DNA from: an uncultured candidate division Zixibacteria bacterium
GTDB lineage: Bacteria; Zixibacteria; MSB-5A5; UBA10806
Direction of reading: 5' to 3'
Length of the DNA: 64,000 nt
NCBI GenBank assembly: GCA_963817915.1
Contig: CAWFQL010000012.1
Coordinates: 288,001 to 352,000, forward strand
Shown: piece after piece, positions 8,975 through 17,584 of the stretch
Numbering within the stretch: the stretch's first letter is position 1
How the letters are laid out: every line of letters begins with the position of its first letter
Program-made: the position numbers and the translations under genes
Notes under the pieces: model-generated
Database searches by the model: none
Told to the model about the DNA's origin: nothing
The model's input: the letters and a program-made list of their open reading frames with translations, nothing else

Positions 8975-10452
8975 AGCAAATTTTGATTGACCCAATTACC
9001 CGATTGGAAGGACATGGCAAAATCCATCTTTTCGTAAACGACGACGGCAGTCTGGCGAATTGCTATTTTCAGGTGCCGGAGCTTCGCGGATTCGAGAAAT
9101 TTTGCGTGGGGCGACCAGTCGAGGAAATGTGCCGCATAACAACTCGCATCTGCGGAGTTTGCCCCGAAGCCCATCACATGGCGGCCGCCAAAGCCGCCGA
9201 CGCTGTCTACGGTGCTACAATTCCGTCAGCGGCAAGAAAGCTGCGGGAATTGGCATATAACGCATTCTTTGCGGGCGACCATACCACTCATTTCTACGCC
9301 CTGGGCGGGCCCGATTTTGTCTGCGGCCCGGATGCCCCTGCTCCAGAACGAAATATTCTCGGGGTCATTGCCAAAGTCGGTATCGATGCTGGCAGGAAAG
9401 TTATCGCACAACGTGCCGGAGGCCAGCGAGTAATCGAGATTATCGGCGGCAAAAAGATACATCCGGTTACCGCCTTGCCGGGCGGCATGTCCAAGCGAGT
9501 TACAAAGGAAGAACAGCAGGAAATAATCAAGATCGCCGAGGGAATGGTTGAATTCGGAAAATTTACAATAAAAGTGCTGAATGATATCGTGCTGGCCAAT
9601 AAGGCGTATGTCGATTTAATTCTTTCCGATACATTTACGCACAAAACCTATAACATGGGCCTGGTCGACAATAACAATAAGGTTAATTTTTACGACGGCC
9701 TTGTACGGGTTACAGCGCCCGACGGCACAGAACACGCCATATATGCGCCAAAAGATTATCTTGATTATGTTGCCGAGCACGTGGAGCCTTATAGTTATCT
9801 CAAATTCCCATTCTTGAAAAAAGTTGGCTGGAAAGGATTTGTCGACGGCAAGGATTCGGGCGTTTATAAGGCCACCCCTCTTTCGAGATTAAATGTCTCC
9901 GATGGTATGACAACGCCGCTCGCGCAAGCAGAATATGAACGGTTTTATGAAACACTGACCGGAGACCGATCGGGAAAGACACCGGTGCATTCAACATTGG
10001 CGACACATTGGGCCAGAGTAGTCGAGTTGATGTATGCCTGCGAGGCGACATTAGCACAAGCCAAAGACGACGAGATTATATCGGATCATATATTCGATCC
10101 CCCAACCGGAATCGTCGGAGAAGGTGTCGGAATCGTGGAAGCGCCGCGAGGTACGTTGACTCATCATTATAAGACGGACAAGAATGGTATTATCACGGAG
10201 GCTAATCTTATAGTCGGCACCACAAATAACAACGCCCCAATTTCAATGTCGATCAAGCGCGCGGCCGAAGGCTTGATAAAAAAGGGCGAAGCCATTACCG
10301 ACGGGACATTGAATAAGATCGAGATGGCTTTTCGTGCATATGATCCATGTTTCGGATGCGCGACTCATTCATTGCCGGGTCAGATGCCAATGGAAGTAAT
10401 TGTTCACGATAGCCAAACCGGTGAAATCATCCAAAGCGTCCGGAGAAATTGA
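8971..10452 (+). CDS. mvhA: [NiFe]-hydrogenase large subunit, MvhA type (group 3c)
   Basis: TRLEGH, RGFE, L1 RICGVC, EAPRGTL, L2 DPCFGCATH plus a cleavable C-terminal extension; context with mvhD and hdr. Confidence 0.95.
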   Translation: MKQILIDPITRLEGHGKIHLFVNDDGSLANCYFQVPELRGFEKFCVGRPVEEMCRITTRICGVCPEAHHMAAAKAADAVYGATIPSAARKLRELAYNAFFAGDHTTHFYALGGPDFVCGPDAPAPERNILGVIAKVGIDAGRKVIAQRAGGQRVIEIIGGKKIHPVTALPGGMSKRVTKEEQQEIIKIAEGMVEFGKFTIKVLNDIVLANKAYVDLILSDTFTHKTYNMGLVDNNNKVNFYDGLVRVTAPDGTEHAIYAPKDYLDYVAEHVEPYSYLKFPFLKKVGWKGFVDGKDSGVYKATPLSRLNVSDGMTTPLAQAEYERFYETLTGDRSGKTPVHSTLATHWARVVELMYACEATLAQAKDDEIISDHIFDPPTGIVGEGVGIVEAPRGTLTHHYKTDKNGIITEANLIVGTTNNNAPISMSIKRAAEGLIKKGEAITDGTLNKIEMAFRAYDPCFGCATHSLPGQMPMEVIVHDSQTGEIIQSVRRN

Positions 10453-10476
10453 CGCCTAATTAGCGGGCAGTACAAA

Positions 10477-10968
10477 ATGGCGAAACCGTACTTGATTCTT
10501 TGTCTCGGTAATGAAATATTATCAGACGACTCCTTTGGATTTAAAGTTTCCAATGTTTTAAATAATGGAGACGATCTCGGAGAGAAGATCGATGCAGTTT
10601 TTGCGCCGCTGGCCGGGTTCAATCTTCTTGATCTTCTTAAAGACCGTTCGTCCGTTCTGATCGTAGATACCATAATTACTTCTAACGCGAAGCCGGGGAC
10701 TATCCACTATTATCCCATGGGGCATTTCACGCCATCGAAACATCTGACCTGCTCGCATCAGGTCAACCTTCCCACCGCGCTTGAATTCGGCAGGCTTCTA
10801 GGAATGACCATACCTCAAAATATCGATGTCCTGGCAATCGAAGCCCAGGATGTCGAAACATTATCGGAAAAAATGACCGAAAATGTCTCCGCCTCATTGG
10901 AACCGGCAATCGAGACCATAAAGAATTGGATAACGCTTAGAAATAATGGAGACAATGCTGACGAATAG
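10477..10968 (+). CDS. Hydrogenase maturation endopeptidase
   Basis: LGNEILSDDSFG, IVDTI, SH motif; follows mvhA. Confidence 0.9.
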   Translation: MAKPYLILCLGNEILSDDSFGFKVSNVLNNGDDLGEKIDAVFAPLAGFNLLDLLKDRSSVLIVDTIITSNAKPGTIHYYPMGHFTPSKHLTCSHQVNLPTALEFGRLLGMTIPQNIDVLAIEAQDVETLSEKMTENVSASLEPAIETIKNWITLRNNGDNADE

Positions 10969-11083
10969 AATCATTAAATAATGTCAATGATAGATAATAG
11001 GGGTAAAATTTTTAAAGTTCCGTTGGAATGATTTTCCTGTCGCCATGGACTATTTGAAAAACTCCCTTTCCGAGAAATGACCA

Positions 11084-11883
11084 CAGCGACACCCCAACGG
11101 AAACAAGATGATACGCGACGGAATCCATTGAATACTACTCGAAATCACTTCAGATGGGCTGACTGTCTGGAAATATAAAGATCCGATGATTTGTAATTAC
11201 TAATACCCAAGCTAGTAATTCCATTTTTAATTTACTGTCAACCCCATCAAACTCGACATTTATTGGCCACTCTCTGCTACTCTCTGGTGCTCGATGGTTG
11301 CGAATGGTGCAGGTCATAGTTGATGGTACAAGAGGGCAAGCCCAGCTATCTCGTTCAACTTCACCGGTTTCAGCGCCCGATGCTCCGATATATAATTTCC
11401 CTATGAACAGGGGATACCATTTCTAATACAAACCGAACCTTTTCTTGGGATCATTCAGATCAAGTCCTGCAATATGATTTGCGTTTAGGCATGACTAACC
11501 CACCTCTCTCTGAATGCATAATCTCCGATACGTCTTATGAAGGTTCGATGCTTTTCGGGGATTCCACATATTATTGGCAAGTCGTCGCATTTAATTCCAT
11601 AGATTCAGTAGCTGGCCCAATCTGGGCATTTCATGTGGAAATGGATACAATGCGCCTTTTAGGAGGATGCACCTACCTCCCCGGCGATGTGAACGGCAGC
11701 AATTCCTTCAATGGCCTTGACGTAACCTACGCCGTCAATTACTTTAGGGGCTCCGGTAATTCACCTACATATTCGTGCGAGCGCCCCCCGCCGGACACTT
11801 GGTATGTCGTTGGTGATGCAAACGCTTCCTGCAGCTTCAATATAATAATCAGATTGTCAATCCGGCTGAATAAACGTCATTAA
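11084..11883 (+). pseudogene. Decayed secreted-protein gene: aryl-sulfotransferase-like propeller remnant + Fn3-like module + truncated dockerin-like tail
   Basis: 11084-11185 translates QRHPNGNKMIRDGIH*ILLEITSDGLTVWKYKDP with an internal TGA. A frameshifted Fn3-like segment (PDAPIYNFPMN / GDTISNTNRTFSW..YYWQVVAFN) follows. The dockerin breaks off in its second repeat. Confidence 0.65.
11668..11841 (+). repeat. Dockerin-like tail copy 1 (truncated)
   Basis: CTYLPGDVNGSNSFNGLDVTYAVNYFRG...GDANASCSFN, then diverges. Confidence 0.85.
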
Positions 11884-11945
11884 TCCAGATTTTAAATATG
11901 GCCGTCCCACCGGGCCGCCTTTTTTATTTATTGATTCCAATTTTA

Positions 11946-12056
11946 TAGCACAAATTTAGCACACGCCCCGTAACCTGCAGGTAGACAATATGGGAAACAG
12001 GCTTCAAATTCCAGTCTCTCCGTACTAATTTTCGCTATTTAAGCCGTTGTAAATCA
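11946..12056 (+). mobile_element. att-like repeat copy 1 with tRNA-Ser 3'-end core (12003-12022)
   Basis: TTCAAATTCCAGTCTCTCCG (T-loop, T-stem 3' strand, acceptor strand TCTCTCC, discriminator G); flanks align with the copy at 20657-20765. Confidence 0.65.
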
Positions 12057-12317
12057 AGCATGTCCGATTGTGTCATGGGAGACAATGCCTACACCTGACT
12101 AAAAGAATGGGACGAATTCTATAAAATTTTCTATTTGAGAAAAATCCCTGGTGCCGATTATATAGTCACCTTCTTTTATTAAAATTAAATATGAAATCAT
12201 ATTGCGCAGTTACGGGTTATAGGTATATTAGTTAGTGTGCATTTGTCCCAAGTCTTTTGGGATATTTTGGAAATTTGAGTCTTGCATTAAATTTTAGCCA
12301 TAGCCTTGGAGGAAACG

Positions 12318-14867
12318 ATGAAACTGAAAGCTATCATTTTGTTGAGCAGCATCATGACCATATCGGTGACATCTACTCTTTGGGGACAAGAGATCACCAG
12401 GGATCAGTTTCGTAGAAATGAATGGGAAATGAAATCTCGCCGATGGCAGAACGAGAAAGCTCGTCAAAACCAGGGGACTATTCTCGATCAGACTGATTTT
12501 GACGCCAAGTATTGGGAATTACATTATGATGTGACCAATATTTCCGGCCAGATATTGACAGGCAAGGCGATCCTGACATCCCAATCCAATATCAATGGGC
12601 TTTCTTCAATCGATTATAATTTCACGACCGGCATGACTGTCGATTCTGTCCGCATGAACGGTGCTCCCGTAACCTACACCCGGCCTACTAATATCCTTCG
12701 AATTACCCTGAATCGGGGCTATAATACCGGAGAACTTTTCACCACCACAGTCTATTATCATGGCCACCCCGATCCCAGCGGCTTTGGCTCTTTTACCTGG
12801 AACAGCCATAACGGCCAGCCGATTATATCCACTCTTTCCGAGCCCGAAGGGGCTAGAGATTGGTGGCCCTGCAAAGACGGACCCCACGACAAGGCCGACT
12901 CTGCCGATGTTTACATCACATGCGGTTCGAGTTACACAGGGGTATCCAATGGCGTGCTTGTCAGCAACCAGGATAACGGCAACGGCACCCGTACTTTCCA
13001 TTGGCATATTTCATATCCTATTACGACCTATCTGATTTGTATCGCAATCAGCAACTATCAATCATTCACGGATTGGTATGTGGGAATTAACGGCGATTCC
13101 ATGCCGGTAACAAATTATGTTTATCCAGAATTGTACAGTCAGGCGGTTGAGGATTTCAATATTGTCCCGGGGGCGCTGGAAATCTATGCCAGCATGTTTG
13201 GTGAATATCCGTTCTTCAGGGAAAAATTCGGTTACTCTTTATTTCCCTGGGGCGGCGGTATGGAGCATCAAGACAATGTCTTTTTCGGCTCTATGCTAAT
13301 CTCCGGAAACCATTATTATGATTGGATCACGGTGCATGAGATGAGTCATCAATGGTTTGGCGACGCCATCACTTGCGATATCTGGCCCGACGTTTGGATG
13401 AATGAGGGATTTGCCTCATATTGCGAAGCGCTTTATTATGAGCGGCTGTATGGTTTTGATTATTATGTCAGCTACGAACAAGGCAATAACGGGGTCTACG
13501 ATCCCAGCGGCCCAATTTATAACCCGAGCGATCTTTTTAATGGCAATACCGTCTACAACAAAGGCAGTTGGGTTCTACATATGCTTCGGGGAGTAATGGG
13601 AGATTCGGCTTTCTTTCAAGGGATGCGTTCTTATGCCACAAATCCAGCCTGCTTTCAGGGTACAATAACGACCAGAGGTTTTCAGCATCTGATGGAGCCA
13701 TTCTATGGGGATAGTCTTGGTTGGTTTTTCGATGAGTGGGTATGGGGGCAGAACCGTCCCATATATCGATATTCATGGACAAAATCAAATTTGGGCAATG
13801 GCCAGTATGAGGTCTTCCTGCATGTTCGCCAGACCCAGACCACTCCTGCTCCCAATGTTTTTATAATGCCTATTAAAATCTATCCCCGAATCAATAACGT
13901 CGATACGGTTATCGCGATCTGGAATGATGCCCGCGTAAATGATCTTAGATTTGTGGTCAATGGCAATCCGGCAACCCTCGATTTTGACAAGGTGCCCTGG
14001 ATTCTGCGAGATGCTGCTTCTGAAGCTTATACGATGAATATAGTTACTACTTCACTCCCGAATGGTGCAGTCGGAATTGCCTACGGCGATACCATTGAGG
14101 CTCGCGGAGGGATTCTGCCGTATCATTTCAATATCCAAAGCGGACATCTGCCAGCAGGATTAGCGTTGAATAGCAATACCGGAGTCATCAGCGGCACACC
14201 GACAACAGTCGAGATAGATTCATTTACCGTGCGATGCACGGATTCATCTGGCCCGACCAAAACCGATGATCAGAATTATATAGTCGCAATTGCTTCTTCA
14301 CCGGTTTTGGAAATCCTGACGTTATCATTACCCAACGGCCGTCAGGATAGCACCTATGAAGAGATAATAAACGTTCTGGGCGGCATCCAGCAATATCATT
14401 TTAGTGTGGCGAGCGGTATTTTACCCGGAGGATTGATATTAGATGCAACTGGCGGTAATATAAACGGTGTACCGACAACAGCCGAAGTAGATACATTCAC
14501 GATTCATTGTGAAGACTCGTCTATCCCGCCGCTTTTTGATAACCAACTCTATATAGTCACTATTGAGCCCGCGGCTGGCTGTCAATATGTTCCGGGTGAT
14601 ATAGCAGGCAATGGAGTCTTCAATGGCCTCGATGTTACCTACAGCGTAAATTATTTCAAGGGTGGTACGCCACCGCCGTTTAGTTGCGAATGCACTCCCG
14701 GCAATATCTGGTATGTGGCGGGCGACGTGAATAACTCATGTTCGTTCAACGGGATCGATGTTACCTACATGGTCAATTATTTCAAGGGAGGACCAGCCCC
14801 GATACCATGCGTTGATTGTCCACCTGCCGGCTTTTCTCGCTCGTCTTCAATTATTCCCGAACAATGA
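12318..14867 (+). CDS. Secreted M1-family zinc aminopeptidase with two Ig-like (He_PIG-type) domains and dockerin-like tail
   Basis: Signal peptide; GGMEH, HEMSH..WMNEG, VYNKG; two 'LPNG..Y..GG..Y.F....G.LP.GL.L...TG.I.G.PT' repeats. ATG 12318 follows GGAGG. Confidence 0.92.
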   Translation: MKLKAIILLSSIMTISVTSTLWGQEITRDQFRRNEWEMKSRRWQNEKARQNQGTILDQTDFDAKYWELHYDVTNISGQILTGKAILTSQSNINGLSSIDYNFTTGMTVDSVRMNGAPVTYTRPTNILRITLNRGYNTGELFTTTVYYHGHPDPSGFGSFTWNSHNGQPIISTLSEPEGARDWWPCKDGPHDKADSADVYITCGSSYTGVSNGVLVSNQDNGNGTRTFHWHISYPITTYLICIAISNYQSFTDWYVGINGDSMPVTNYVYPELYSQAVEDFNIVPGALEIYASMFGEYPFFREKFGYSLFPWGGGMEHQDNVFFGSMLISGNHYYDWITVHEMSHQWFGDAITCDIWPDVWMNEGFASYCEALYYERLYGFDYYVSYEQGNNGVYDPSGPIYNPSDLFNGNTVYNKGSWVLHMLRGVMGDSAFFQGMRSYATNPACFQGTITTRGFQHLMEPFYGDSLGWFFDEWVWGQNRPIYRYSWTKSNLGNGQYEVFLHVRQTQTTPAPNVFIMPIKIYPRINNVDTVIAIWNDARVNDLRFVVNGNPATLDFDKVPWILRDAASEAYTMNIVTTSLPNGAVGIAYGDTIEARGGILPYHFNIQSGHLPAGLALNSNTGVISGTPTTVEIDSFTVRCTDSSGPTKTDDQNYIVAIASSPVLEILTLSLPNGRQDSTYEEIINVLGGIQQYHFSVASGILPGGLILDATGGNINGVPTTAEVDTFTIHCEDSSIPPLFDNQLYIVTIEPAAGCQYVPGDIAGNGVFNGLDVTYSVNYFKGGTPPPFSCECTPGNIWYVAGDVNNSCSFNGIDVTYMVNYFKGGPAPIPCVDCPPAGFSRSSSIIPEQ
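14580..14825 (+). repeat. Dockerin-like tail copy 2
   Basis: CQYVPGDIAGNGVFNGLDVTYSVNYFKGG..SCECTPG..GDVNNSCSFNGIDVTYMVNYFKGG..PCVDCPP. Confidence 0.9.
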
Positions 14868-15204
14868 GCAGAATAAGCTGACAGGGAAATTGCATTAATT
14901 GATCCATTTTAAGGCAGGTCAACAATTGCCTTGACAAGAACCAATATATCCTATTATTTATTACAAAGGTCATTTGCTTCAGACCATGCAGGCTTAGAGC
15001 CTGCAAAAAAGACGGTCTTAAAAACATAAAATTTATATGATTAACAAATTGAGCTTATCACATTTTCACAGCATGGAGGTAAACTATAAATGATATTCTG
15101 CCTTTTAATGCTACCCGCAAAAGAAACTTAAGAAACTTGGAAATCAGGAAAATTATCGCAAAAAGATCTTTTTGAAACCCGTTAGAATTGTCTGGAGAGA
15201 GAAA

Positions 15205-17268
15205 ATGAAAAATAATTGTCTGCTTTTTGCGGCCTTGTTGCTTCTTATGACTTGGTCGATCGCTGTGGCCAATGTTAATCCTTTCGATAATTCTCAGACG
15301 CCCATTATAGCTGATCAGGGCGGCCCGGACGCTTATGGTTATCGGTGGATTGATAGCGACAGCGCCGGCGGCCCCACTTATAACTGGATTGATATTACCA
15401 GTATTGGTATTCCAGTCCTGGGACTTGGCGACGATAACAACGTCGGCCCTATGCCGATTGGATTCGAATTCCCATATTATTGGTATACAGTTAACCATAC
15501 TTGGATTGGCTCCAACGGCTACATTGAATTTTTAAACAACTATAATTACGCCCCCGCCTTTGCTAATATACCGCTTGCAACCCCTCCAAACGATTATCTC
15601 GCGCCTCTCGCAAGCGACCTCGATTTTTCAAGAGGAAACCCGTCATGCTATTACTACAGCAATAATGCCGATAGCTTTGTAGTCTCCTGGATTAATGTGG
15701 GCGAATATGACTATATCGACTCTGTGCATACATTTCAAGTGATCCTGTCCGGTAGTGATTCTTCTATCACTTTCCAGTACGGTATCTGTAACCTTGGATC
15801 AACCAATAATGTCATTGGAATCGAGAATGTCAATGGACAAGTGGGCATACAGTATCTGCGGCAAAATCTCCCCGCAAATCACATGTGGCATGATGGCCTG
15901 GCATTGAAATTCCACCCGGTTCCCAACCCTAGTTTTGTAGTTCATGATGCTGGTATGTTAGATGCGTTCCAAGATGGTTCGGGGGCTAATTTCATTCCAA
16001 GAAATATCGGATATACTATTCGCGCCCAGGTCAAAAACTTCGGCAACCAGGTCGAGACTCTAATTCGCTGCAGCTGTATAGTTAAGCGCAATACAACTAC
16101 GGTATTTCACGATACGCTCGATGTGGGGACACTTAATCCCAGCCAGGCAATTTGGTTAGATTTTCCTGAATTATTTATTCCTGATAGGGATACGACCTAT
16201 AAGGTAACTTTCGTCACCTTAATGGCCAGCGATGCCAATACTACTAATAATACGCTTATCGCCGAGCTGGAATCGTTTACGACGCCGCAGACATTTAGAT
16301 ATGACGATGGTTTAGGGGAAACGAGTCGCAGTTGGACTGGCGATTTTTCTGGTTTTGCAGTCGAATTTCAGATACCTGAAGCTGTATCTCTTGACACGGC
16401 CAGCATCGATATTTTTTCAGTCACCCTGGCGGGCCCGCTTTATGTATGGATTTTGCCGGATGACGGCACTGGAAGACCCGATGGCGCCAATCCACTGGCG
16501 GGCGACACGGTGGATGTTTCAGCCGCGGGCTGGGTAAATGTCGACGTAACTGCGGCGAATTTGATTATTCGCCCCTAATGCCAAGTTCTTTATTGTAGGG
16601 GTGCATGCCCTGCAAAATACTTTTACGTTCGCTATGGATCAGACTCCGCCTTTGTCTAATAGAGGCTGGGAATTTACGAGTGGATACGCGCCTGACCGCG
16701 ACAGGTCGATATCCGACAACATGTTCAGAGCATACTGCTCGGCCGCCCCTCCCGGAACATATCGGGAGTTGTATACAACCCGGACGGCACAACGCCTTTA
16801 GCTGATGTTGCTATCACGACCTATGACACCGCGGATGCGGTCGTCGCAAATAACACTTCCGGCGTGGCTGGTGATTTTCTTGTGACGTTGCCCAGTGGAA
16901 CATATCATCAGCTATTCCATAAGGATGGATTCCGCGATACGACGGTCCAGAATATTGTAGTTACGTTTAATCAAACCACAACACTCAACGTTGTAATGCA
17001 ATTGAGGGGCGGCTGTGAATATGTTGTTGGCGACATTAACAATAGCGCTACATTCAACGGCCTTGACGTTACCTATGGCGTCAACTATTTCAAGGGAGGA
17101 GCGGCGCCTCCGTTCAGTTGCGAATGCACTCCCGGCCATACCTGGTTTGTTGCGGGCGACGTCAATAACAGCTGCAGTTTCAATGGACTCGATGTTACTT
17201 ACATGGTGAATTATTTCAAGGGAGGGGCTGGTCCTATCCCTTGTGTTGATTGTCCTCCGGCGAGGTAG
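15205..17268 (+). CDS. Secreted multidomain protein (GGPD module, Ig/beta-sandwich domains, carboxypeptidase-regulatory-like domain, dockerin-like tail), broken by two compensating frameshifts
   Basis: ORFs 15172-16578, 16601-16801 and 16864-17268 join through an extra base in CCCC near 16572-16575 and a missing base near 16758 (restores GTISGVVYNPDGTTPLADV). First and last pieces share a frame. Signal peptide from ATG 15205. Confidence 0.8.
17014..17259 (+). repeat. Dockerin-like tail copy 3
   Basis: CEYVVGDINNSATFNGLDVTYGVNYFKGG..SCECTPGHTW..GDVNNSCSFNGLDVTYMVNYFKGG..PCVDCPP. Confidence 0.9.
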
Positions 17269-17370
17269 GGCTCCCGCTTGCATTGGCTATTCGGGCGATA
17301 AAGACGCCTATTCCGATGAAAGCCTCCGAAAGCCCAATTGATTAAATGGCGGCAAAATATTGTTGCTAAT

Positions 17371-17400
17371 AAGGCGGCCTAACACGGGCCGCCTTTATTA
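17371..17400 (+). terminator. Intrinsic terminator
   Basis: AAGGCGGCC-N7-GGCCGCCTT hairpin followed by a T-rich tail. Confidence 0.75.
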
Positions 17401-17584
17401 TCCCTTATGACTCTTACGCCGTCAGAAAGAGGTTTCTGGTGCCACCTGGAAATCGACCAAGACCGGCCGAGAAGGCTAAGATCGAAAGACTCGAAGCAAT
17501 TTATATTCCTGGTAACGCTTGACTTAATTTTGAAATGATGTATTTTTGAATCAAATAGAGCTTCTGCTTCTTCGAGGTGAAGAT

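Noticed and set aside
809..10452. Methanogen origin or selenocysteine recoding
   Set aside because: Surrounding genes are bacterial, and the Mvh/Hdr ligand positions are Cys codons within uninterrupted ORFs.
11129..11131. TGA read as Gly or Trp (alternative genetic code)
   Set aside because: TGA is a normal stop in many genes here (ATGA overlaps). A GGA-to-TGA mutation in a pseudogene is simpler.
12003..12022. tRNA-Ser gene (also 20711-20730)
   Set aside because: Only the T-loop and 3' acceptor strand are present; there is no 5' half and no CCA. Treated as att-like relics.
12152..12160. Sigma28 -10 element GCCGATTA
   Set aside because: No matching TAAA -35 at the right spacing.
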